Below, piece after piece: positions 42,128-50,322 of a DNA stretch of 64,000 nucleotides (position 1 is its first letter; the number at the start of each line of letters is the position of its first letter). The stretch comes from an uncultured Prevotella sp. GTDB taxonomy: Bacteria > Bacteroidota > Bacteroidia > Bacteroidales > Bacteroidaceae. The stretch is from positions 8,792 through 72,791 of the forward strand of contig CAZPNC010000006.1 of assembly GCA_964587945.1 (NCBI GenBank), written 5' to 3'. Under the pieces are notes generated by a model. The model had not been told where the DNA came from, searched no databases, and worked only from the letters and a program-made list of their open reading frames with translations. The position numbers were made by a program, and so were the translations under genes.

Positions 42128-43516
42128 ATGACGAAATTTTCATTTTTACTCTGTACAATTCTTTGCACAGCGCTGTCGCTTTCTGTCTCCGCAGCAAAGA
42201 AGCAGGAAGCAAAGTACGTAACGCACCAAGTGTCAGCACCATTCTCCATGGAACCGGTAAAGGAATATGTATTCCCCGAAAAACATTTCCCCATAACAAA
42301 ATACGGTGCAAAACCCGGTGGAGAATACAGCAACACGACAGCCATTGCCAAAGCAATCAAGGCGTGCAACAAAGCGGGTGGCGGCATCGTAGTGGTGCCT
42401 AAGGGAGAGTGGCTCACCGGTCCTATACATTTCTTGAGCAACGTGAACCTTCATCTTGAAGAGGGTTCAACACTCGTTTTCTCCGACAATTACAAGGAAT
42501 ATCTACCTGCCGTGCAAACATCTTGGGAGGGAATTGAATGCTTCAACTACTCCCCACTGCTCTATGCGTTCCAATGTGAGAACATCGCCATAACCGGAAC
42601 AGGCAGACTACAGCCTCGCATCAAAGGGTGGACTCCATGGTTCAAGCGTCCGAAGGAGCATCTTGAAGCATCCAAACAACTCTACACCTGGGCCTCAACG
42701 GACGTACCTGTAGAACAAAGGCAGATGGCTGTGGGTAACAATAACATGCGTCCGCACCTAATACACTTCAATCGTTGCAGCAACATACTACTGGACGACT
42801 TCCACATCAACGGCTCACCATTCTGGACTATACACCTTTTTCTCTGCAACGGCGGCATTGCACGCAACCTAAAAGTGTACGCTCACAACCATAACAATGA
42901 CGGCATCGACCTTGAAATGACCAAAAACGTTCTCGTTGAAAACTGCCAGTTTGACCAAGGAGATGATGCCATAGTCATCAAATCGGGACGCAACCGCGAC
43001 GCTTGGCGTATCAACCAGCCTACCGAGAACGTTGTCATACGCAACTGTAAGGTTATAAAGGGACACTGTTTCCTTGGCATCGGTAGCGAAATGAGTGGCG
43101 GTGTAAGAAACATTTACATGGAGAACTGCGAGGCAACAGACAGCGTTTTCCGTATGATGTATCTTAAAACGAACCACCGGCGTGGCGGATTCATACACCA
43201 CGTGTATATGAAGAACTGCAAAGGTACATGCGCCGGACGCATGTTTGAGATTGACACTGAAGTGTTATACCAATGGAAAGACCTCGTACCTACATACGAA
43301 ACACGCATCACACCCATCCACGACATATATATGGAGGACTGCGAAATAGAGCGCACCGATGCCATTTACGAAATCAAAGGCGATGCACGCAACCCCATAC
43401 ATGACATCTATTTGAAGAATATAAAAGCTGGTTTGGTTTATAAATTCATCAACACAAGCAGCAATACATTCAACATCAGAACGGAGAACGTAACTTACGA
43501 CAAGACCGCCTTTTAG
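42128..43516 (+). CDS. GH28 polygalacturonase-family enzyme
   Basis: Signal peptide; NNDGID, GDDAIVIKSG, GH..LGIGSEMSGG, LKT. Confidence 0.92.
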   Translation: MTKFSFLLCTILCTALSLSVSAAKKQEAKYVTHQVSAPFSMEPVKEYVFPEKHFPITKYGAKPGGEYSNTTAIAKAIKACNKAGGGIVVVPKGEWLTGPIHFLSNVNLHLEEGSTLVFSDNYKEYLPAVQTSWEGIECFNYSPLLYAFQCENIAITGTGRLQPRIKGWTPWFKRPKEHLEASKQLYTWASTDVPVEQRQMAVGNNNMRPHLIHFNRCSNILLDDFHINGSPFWTIHLFLCNGGIARNLKVYAHNHNNDGIDLEMTKNVLVENCQFDQGDDAIVIKSGRNRDAWRINQPTENVVIRNCKVIKGHCFLGIGSEMSGGVRNIYMENCEATDSVFRMMYLKTNHRRGGFIHHVYMKNCKGTCAGRMFEIDTEVLYQWKDLVPTYETRITPIHDIYMEDCEIERTDAIYEIKGDARNPIHDIYLKNIKAGLVYKFINTSSNTFNIRTENVTYDKTAF

Positions 43517-43529
43517 CCTTATAGAATTG

Positions 43530-43566
43530 AAAGAGCCCGGACCAGTTGATGGTTCGGGCTCTTTTT
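43530..43566. terminator. Intrinsic terminator between convergent GH28 and LTA-synthase-like genes
   Basis: AAAGAGCCCGGACCA-gttga-TGGTTCGGGCTCTTTTT. Confidence 0.8.
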
Positions 43567-43580
43567 GGTATCTCAAACTG

Positions 43581-45614
43581 TCACTTCTTCGGTGCATTCA
43601 CCACCAAGCGGTTCTCAGTCATTCGCATCATATAACTCTGTATGAGCGCTTTCAGTTCCCGTTCCATATCGGCAATCTGTGGTTTCATGGCCTGATTATT
43701 AACCAGATTCTTTATCATAAACCAGTCTTTCTTGTAATTAAACACACCGGTAATGCGCTTTCCCTCAAACCGTATGACATAATCACCCTTTACGAACTGG
43801 TATATTCCGTTGTTATAGTTGACCGCCCATGTTTCATTGTCAGGCGTATTAAACAGGTCAATGCCAAAAGCAATATACGGATTGCTATATCCTAAGTATT
43901 GCAGCACAGTGGGCATAATGTCTATCTGTTGGGCAACACAGTGCCTACGGCCACGCGGCATCTCACCGGAAGGATCAAAGAAGAATATAGGAGCGCCGAA
44001 AAGTCCGAGGTCGGTTGCATACTCCAGATTGTCATTTATATTGGTATGGTCAGACGTAAACACAAAGATAGTATTCTTATACCACGGTTGTTTCTTTGCC
44101 GTCTCAAAGAATTTGCGAAGTGACATATCCGTATATCTTATACATTTATGTATCGGATTGCCCTTTTCCTCAGGCAAATCAAACTCCTTTTCATACTGCT
44201 CCGGTATCTTATACGGATGATGACTGGAGGCAGTGAATACCGTCGTGACGAACGGTTCTTGCATTTCCGTCATCTTCAACGCATAATATTGCAGGAACGG
44301 CTCGTCCCATATAGCCCACATTCCGTCATAATCCTTGTCACCATTGAAACGTTTGTCTTCATCGAACTCTGTCCTGCCGTAATACTTCTGAAAGCCCGTT
44401 GTCTTGGCAAATGCCTCAAATCCCATACTGCCATTCTCCGCTCCATGGAAGAAAGCTGACGAATAACCGCACTTACCGAGTTCTCCTGCAATTCCACTAA
44501 CATTGTTAAGAGATGCCGGAGTGAGGAAAAACGGCTCTACGAAATATGGAATACTGGACAGCACAGAAGGCATTCCGTCTATACTTTTACGTCCATTGGC
44601 AAACGTATAGTCAAAGGAAAGCGACTGCCTCAGCAGCGAATCCACAAACGGTGTATAGCCCTTATATTTGCCATTCTCCAGTTTCTCATTGTATGCTCCA
44701 ATATATTCCCTACCGAAACTCTCCACTATCAGCACCACCACATTCTTCTTTTTCTGCACAATATCCGGCACAGCATCACCTTGGTTCCTCAAAGGTGAAT
44801 AGATACTGTCCAATTCCTGCGCAGCAAAATAACCCGGATTGTGGAACACATCCTTGCCTGTGGTTCTGAAAAGAGAGAACGGTGTATTCAGCACTATAGC
44901 CGCCTCTATCGGACGGTTGACATACTGATTGGCATTACTGATAGTTATAGGGCGCACAGCAGTGGTGAAACCGCCACGCATACCCGCCACGCAACAAGGA
45001 ATGAAGCAAGCAAGACAAAGCAGCTGGACCATATAATACACGACATACCGCTTCACTTTCCTTTCAAAAATGAACTGTGCAGGCATGACATACAAACGCT
45101 GCATACCATATATAATGACACCACCGATAAACAAAAGAAGCCAGTGCACCACTGCTGACTCGGCAAATATACCGAGAAGATTGGACTCCCGTGAAAATTC
45201 GTTCAGCACAGTCATCGTCGTACGGCGGCCCGTATATAAAAAATATACAGCATCACCCATATTGAGAATAACAGCCACACCATTAACAATGACAAACAGC
45301 CACCGGCACAACTTCTGCCAAATATGCCTCTCCTTATAATGCAACGGAACAAGCATAAGCAATGCATACAGTGCATTTGTATAGAGAATGGCAGACGTAT
45401 CGAATACCAACGAGCCACGCAACAGACTGACAAGCGACAAGTCACCGAACCTATCGCCAAAGATTCCCCAATTTACAACAATGTAAATTATGCGGCATAG
45501 CATATAAACGACATACGCAATAGCCAGATTGTACATCATGGCCAATACGACAGATACATAGGTAGACGTTCTACCTGGACTTATCTTATCAAAAAACTGT
45601 TTAGAGGTTGACAT
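43581..45614 (-). CDS. LTA synthase family / sulfatase-like membrane protein
   Basis: Five N-terminal TM helices; NVVVLIVES, YTPFVDSL, TASSHHPY, YTD, NTIFVFTSDH, QIDIMPT. Confidence 0.88.
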   Translation of the reverse strand: MSTSKQFFDKISPGRTSTYVSVVLAMMYNLAIAYVVYMLCRIIYIVVNWGIFGDRFGDLSLVSLLRGSLVFDTSAILYTNALYALLMLVPLHYKERHIWQKLCRWLFVIVNGVAVILNMGDAVYFLYTGRRTTMTVLNEFSRESNLLGIFAESAVVHWLLLFIGGVIIYGMQRLYVMPAQFIFERKVKRYVVYYMVQLLCLACFIPCCVAGMRGGFTTAVRPITISNANQYVNRPIEAAIVLNTPFSLFRTTGKDVFHNPGYFAAQELDSIYSPLRNQGDAVPDIVQKKKNVVVLIVESFGREYIGAYNEKLENGKYKGYTPFVDSLLRQSLSFDYTFANGRKSIDGMPSVLSSIPYFVEPFFLTPASLNNVSGIAGELGKCGYSSAFFHGAENGSMGFEAFAKTTGFQKYYGRTEFDEDKRFNGDKDYDGMWAIWDEPFLQYYALKMTEMQEPFVTTVFTASSHHPYKIPEQYEKEFDLPEEKGNPIHKCIRYTDMSLRKFFETAKKQPWYKNTIFVFTSDHTNINDNLEYATDLGLFGAPIFFFDPSGEMPRGRRHCVAQQIDIMPTVLQYLGYSNPYIAFGIDLFNTPDNETWAVNYNNGIYQFVKGDYVIRFEGKRITGVFNYKKDWFMIKNLVNNQAMKPQIADMERELKALIQSYMMRMTENRLVVNAPKK

Positions 45615-45776
45615 CTTAGTATATATGGATAATAAAACTGACTACAAAATTACGCATTATTTATGGAATATGCAAAAATCACGACATCATTTATTCTTTT
45701 TTACCTCAATAATGCTTTCACACTATCATATTATTCTTTCTGCACAACGTATACACTAAAGCCAATATGAATACAC

Positions 45777-46210
45777 AAAAAAAAATACGCTACTACTCTT
45801 CACGAGCTGCAGCGCAATAAAAAGTATGTTTAACTATTTTCTTTAATTTATAAAAGAACAACCTCACGGCTTTTCTTTATCATCCAAAAGTCAAACAATC
45901 TTTTCTAACCTAATAACTAAAACCTAAATCTATTATATCTACTAACCTAAACAATATTCTTTTTTATTTTCCTGACTGTCTTTCGGGTAGGTGACGGTAT
46001 TGAAACCGTTTCCCTTGCCCTTCGACCGTGTCAAGTTTGTTATCCTTTTCTATCAATCTTTATTACCTTACGACTCACGTCGTCTTGCTATCACCTATAT
46101 CAATCAATCTTTTTAATAACCTAAACTATCTTTACTACCTTTTGATATCCTGTTTCGCAATCTTTTTGATAATCTTTTTCCTTGTCTTAAGAACCTTTGT
46201 TCCTTTTGAC
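45777..46210 (-). ncRNA. Candidate ~435-nt purine-rich non-coding RNA with repeated AAAAGAUU and UUAGGUU motifs
   Basis: -7 TACCTTTG (46215-46222), -33 TTTG (46243-46246), 20-nt spacer. Terminator UGCGCUGCAGCUC-GUGAA-GAGUAGUAGCGUA plus U9, with G-U pairs valid only on the - strand. Internal GUGA-loop hairpins. Confidence 0.7.
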
Positions 46211-46448
46211 ATTGCAAAGGTACGACGTTTTTACTGTGTGCGCAAACAATTTCAAGAAAAACTTTTCCAATTCGCATTATAATTGACATACATCAACGTA
46301 TGTGGGCGCACACAAGCTCAAAAACAGCATTTTTCTGCATTTTTTTCATTTTCCTTTCTACAGAATGACATAATAACCGCAATAGAGAAACAAAGCATCC
46401 ATTATCCATCCAAATACCACTGTTTTTTGTATAGCAATCCATAGCCGC

Positions 46449-46550
46449 TGCAATCTCTATCCTTTTATATTGCAATAGTGCCCCTTTCACAATGCAAAAG
46501 GGGCACTATTACAACACAAAAGGGGCACACTTACGATGTGCCCCTTTTTA
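46449..46550. repeat. Array 4 of the 22-bp-period repeat (3 good units plus 1 degenerate)
   Basis: tgcaatctctatccttttatat / tgcaatagtgcccctttcacaa / tgcaaaaggggcactattacaa / cacaaaaggggcacacttacga, then tgtgccccttttt. Confidence 0.75.
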
Positions 46551-46609
46551 TTTCAGTTTTTCCTGTTGTTATACACACACAGGATATGTCACTTTCCGCT
46601 GACGGAGTG

Positions 46610-49600
46610 TCAACGATTGATACCCTTTCCATGCCTTGTCACGACAATACCCTTTGTTGATGACGGCACTTTCTGTCCTGCAAGGTTATACACATTGGAG
46701 GCATTGGAGTCAGGGGACGCCTGCACCTGACCGATGCCAGTACCCTTTGCAAGGCCTGAAGTAGGCAACGTGATGCCTGTCCATCCATCAGGTAGCACAG
46801 GCAGTTGCTCCACCTTATAGATATATCCGGTGTAGGATGTTATATTATAACGCTCGGTCACGTTCGTCCATTTACCATCCGTGAGGACAAGTGAACTGAG
46901 AGGGTATTTGGCTGCACTCTGAAAAGTACCGCGAAGACCATTGACATTTGTCTTGGGAGAAATAACAGCAGTGCCCGACTCCGGGAAAAGGATATTCTGA
47001 GATGGCCGCGCCTTATATATATAAGGTGTGCCGGCAACAGTCGCGCCAGCGACTTCCTCTATGCCGATATACAGAGAATCAGCAGAGAGACCGACAATTC
47101 CATACAATGTAACGCCATCAGGCACATCTATAACGTATGGTGTACATACTGTGCCCCAGCCTGAAGCATCTGTCATTGCCATCTGCATAGGAATGTAACG
47201 CAGTGCGAAATCTGTAGCACACCACCACCCTTCACGATTGTCTCCGGTAGATGACGGCTCGCCATAACGCATCCATTGATTATCCTTCGCACCCTGTTTT
47301 GAACCTGTAAAGCCTATTGTCGCAGAACCGTTGGGGGCAACATAGACAAACGGAGTGGTGAGGGTGTTCCACATTTCCGCTTCAGAGAAATTGGGAAGGT
47401 CAAGCAGTCCGTAGCGCAGTGGCTGCGAAACGATAGAGTCTTCTCCTACTACCATGTAGCCATGCTGGTCTGTTTCACACAGGTGCTGGGTTGCAGCCCT
47501 ACACTCAAGGGCGTAAAGTCCACCGGCAAGTTTGGTCAGCGACTGTTTCACGGCCATCGTCTGAGTTCCGTTTCCTGCCGCACCGATGTTCCACCACGCA
47601 TTCCAACACTTCTTGCCTGCCTGCGTAGTAGCAGACTGGTCACCGCCAGTATAAGTGCCGCTTTTCACGTCCCATCCTATCGTTGATGCAAAATCCGGGT
47701 TCGATATAAGTTCACTACTTATGGTAGAGGTGAGGGTCTTCCGTATAAGTGCCTTCAATGATTCTACGTCCTCGAGGTATGAAGTGACGCTTGTCTGGGT
47801 AAAATTCTTCACAGCTTCATACATAGTACTTATCTCCGACACGCCCGGCAGATTGTAATTCTTTACCAATTGCACATTGACAGCAAGAGAATCAACGGTC
47901 GCACGCTGCTTTATGCAACGCAGGGCGTTCTTTATGGCTGTTTCAATATCACCTGCCGTCACTCCGCTCTCTTCCACATATTCCTGCAAAAGGGTGTTGA
48001 GCCTTGGCATAGAAGTATTATACTGCTTGAAAACCTCAAAGCGTTTCATCTCGCACATTTTTGCATCTGCAAGGGCTTCTTCCTTTGTGTCGAAGAGTTT
48101 AGCCACCATTAGATTGCCTATCATAGCCTTTCCGGCAAGGTTCGTGAACTGAATGCCAAGAATATTGTCAGAAGAAACAGTAAATGAAGAGCCTACTTTT
48201 GTCCACATTGACACATCAGGGAATTCCAGACGCCTATTTATTCCGACAGTGGAAATGCCGGTCATAAACCGCTGGCTGGCTGAATTGGTATTACAGGCAG
48301 TGGCACCGGCATAGTAACTGCTGTTCTTTTCCAACGTTATATAACGCATGATGGACTGTGCATCCGTCTTTGAATTGCTGCTCCCATAACATTGCAGGTA
48401 ACATCCTCCATCTATGCCGCCTTTTGGAACGGTCTGATAAAAGGGGGCATCAAGGGGTTCTCCCGCTGCATTGGTCCAATCAGTGAAACCAAAATTGAAA
48501 TCACCATTGACAAGAATATTGCCACCGAGGTACATTGTCTTGTTACCATCATCGGCAACAACGGTCACGCCGTCACCGAACTCGAGATTGTCATTGACCG
48601 CCGTAGCCTCGTTTGTAAGGCGTTCTTTGTTCTTAAGGTCTACAATACGGATACGGAATTTGTCACCGTCTATGCCGTCAACAGTTTCAGAATAGCTTGC
48701 AGCCTCCTCCTGTTGCGCCACAGTCATTACGGTATTCCATATTGAAGTGCCAGCCTTTTTGCGCTGGATTTCCATTGACTGGTTGTATTCTCCGTTCTTA
48801 TCATTCCATGTCAACGTCACTTTATTTGTAACCTTGTCATACGCTGCAACCAGGTCTGACGGGTCATACTGCGGCGGTGTGTTAGGAATTTTCTCGTATG
48901 CACGGTTATATGCCAACCCGGACTCCACTCCAGCATAATATTTTCCGGCTATTGACAAGGCATCATCCTTTATGATTTTCGAACAATCGGCCTCGCTGTT
49001 CCAGTATGCGTAACGCTCAACGTATGGAGAATTGTTCATGTTGGGAATGATTTTCTTCAACTCATCCGCATTCAACTGCTGGTTCGCAGTGGAGTAAGTA
49101 CGGTCTGTTGCAAATATACCATTGTTGTTCCATGATGCTCCCCATACCCACTCTGAAATCCAGATAGGGCGGCTTCCGTATGTGTCATAATAGTATTTCC
49201 AGTTATTGAAGTTACCACTTGGCCAATAACAGTGCAGGTCAAGCAGGTCACAACGCCATCCACGGGCATCGACAGAGTCGACAAATGCCTTTAGATGTGA
49301 CATGCTTCCATCGTGAGAGCTTTCAGAACACAGTCTCATACCGGTACGCATGAGGTTCTCCCAATTGGCCAGCACAGTCTCAACAGACTGCGGATGATCG
49401 TCAGAAGAGTTGCCAGGCTCATTGTTTGTCTTCATGTGGCAGGAGTAAGTGACACCACCACAGGCCGAAGATGACGGCCAATCCTCATATATATGATTCG
49501 GCACACACTCGGCATCGGGCAGGCGGCTCTCTCCAAGTCCCCAACTGTAACACCATGATGAGGAGATGAGACTGTTGTTTGACTCACCGGTATCGCTTGC

Positions 49601-50269
49601 AAGGCCCTTCTTCTGTGTATCATACCATTGGAACACACGATATGAAGATATACGCTGATCAAGCACGGTAGAGAGGGATGTCAGTTCCAAATCTTCCTTG
49701 TCTGCAATGAAACAACGGCTGTATCCTCTGCCACTCGCACGGGTTGAGAAGGTCACCATATATCCTCTTTTCAGTTTGAAACTGCGTATTTTATTGTTTA
49801 GCTTGGCCTCTGTAAGGGTGTTCATGTACCCTCCTGTATTCTCAAGGCCGAAGTCATTGACCGCCGTACCGCCGAAATTCTGTTCTGAATATACGGTGAG
49901 TGGTTTGATATTACTTGCATACGGCAGTATAATTGTACCTTGTGCATACAACTTCACCTGACAATTCGACCCATTGACGGCCTGTGCGCCATTAATGTAG
50001 ACATGATTCTTCAGCCATGTGCTTATAACAGCACTTGGACGTACAGATGTGATTATGACCACAGCATGATCCACATTGGTTATATCAATCCTACCACCAT
50101 CCGTAAACGGCGTTGTAGATGTAATGGTATAGTCCACGTCTGCACTCACACTAACGGAAGCACTGACCTGTGACACCGCAGTGATACTGTTTGCCCATAT
50201 CATCAACGAGACCATCATCAGACAGACAAGGCTCAGCAATCTTTTAGTTCTCATCATATTTTGTTGCAT
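46610..50269 (-). CDS. T9SS-secreted modular GH128-like (beta-1,3-glucanase) protein with crystallin-like, FN3 and CBM-like modules
   Basis: WCYSWG, NNEP (acid/base), LHCY, PIWISEW (nucleophile), VERYAYW; NGDF/NPDF-type CBM starts; Prevotella CTD (TGI...VYNLAGQKV...KGIVV). Confidence 0.75.
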   Translation of the reverse strand: MQQNMMRTKRLLSLVCLMMVSLMIWANSITAVSQVSASVSVSADVDYTITSTTPFTDGGRIDITNVDHAVVIITSVRPSAVISTWLKNHVYINGAQAVNGSNCQVKLYAQGTIILPYASNIKPLTVYSEQNFGGTAVNDFGLENTGGYMNTLTEAKLNNKIRSFKLKRGYMVTFSTRASGRGYSRCFIADKEDLELTSLSTVLDQRISSYRVFQWYDTQKKGLASDTGESNNSLISSSWCYSWGLGESRLPDAECVPNHIYEDWPSSSACGGVTYSCHMKTNNEPGNSSDDHPQSVETVLANWENLMRTGMRLCSESSHDGSMSHLKAFVDSVDARGWRCDLLDLHCYWPSGNFNNWKYYYDTYGSRPIWISEWVWGASWNNNGIFATDRTYSTANQQLNADELKKIIPNMNNSPYVERYAYWNSEADCSKIIKDDALSIAGKYYAGVESGLAYNRAYEKIPNTPPQYDPSDLVAAYDKVTNKVTLTWNDKNGEYNQSMEIQRKKAGTSIWNTVMTVAQQEEAASYSETVDGIDGDKFRIRIVDLKNKERLTNEATAVNDNLEFGDGVTVVADDGNKTMYLGGNILVNGDFNFGFTDWTNAAGEPLDAPFYQTVPKGGIDGGCYLQCYGSSNSKTDAQSIMRYITLEKNSSYYAGATACNTNSASQRFMTGISTVGINRRLEFPDVSMWTKVGSSFTVSSDNILGIQFTNLAGKAMIGNLMVAKLFDTKEEALADAKMCEMKRFEVFKQYNTSMPRLNTLLQEYVEESGVTAGDIETAIKNALRCIKQRATVDSLAVNVQLVKNYNLPGVSEISTMYEAVKNFTQTSVTSYLEDVESLKALIRKTLTSTISSELISNPDFASTIGWDVKSGTYTGGDQSATTQAGKKCWNAWWNIGAAGNGTQTMAVKQSLTKLAGGLYALECRAATQHLCETDQHGYMVVGEDSIVSQPLRYGLLDLPNFSEAEMWNTLTTPFVYVAPNGSATIGFTGSKQGAKDNQWMRYGEPSSTGDNREGWWCATDFALRYIPMQMAMTDASGWGTVCTPYVIDVPDGVTLYGIVGLSADSLYIGIEEVAGATVAGTPYIYKARPSQNILFPESGTAVISPKTNVNGLRGTFQSAAKYPLSSLVLTDGKWTNVTERYNITSYTGYIYKVEQLPVLPDGWTGITLPTSGLAKGTGIGQVQASPDSNASNVYNLAGQKVPSSTKGIVVTRHGKGINR

Positions 50270-50322
50270 TTTATTTTTCTTTTAACAAACCAGCAAAGCC
50301 GATTTACAAAAGCCACATATAA

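Noticed and set aside
45777-46210. Long RNA as tmRNA, RNase P RNA, SRP or 6S RNA
   Set aside because: No tRNA-like ends or tag ORF, no GAGGAAAGUCC RNase P motif, and too long and AU-rich for SRP or 6S.
46028-46282. 84-aa hydrophobic + strand ORF (and ORF 46293-46490) as small membrane proteins
   Set aside because: The Leu/Ile/Phe richness is explained by the pyrimidine-rich antisense of the purine-rich RNA. The ORF runs through the - strand promoter, has a weak GTG start and no recognisable motif.
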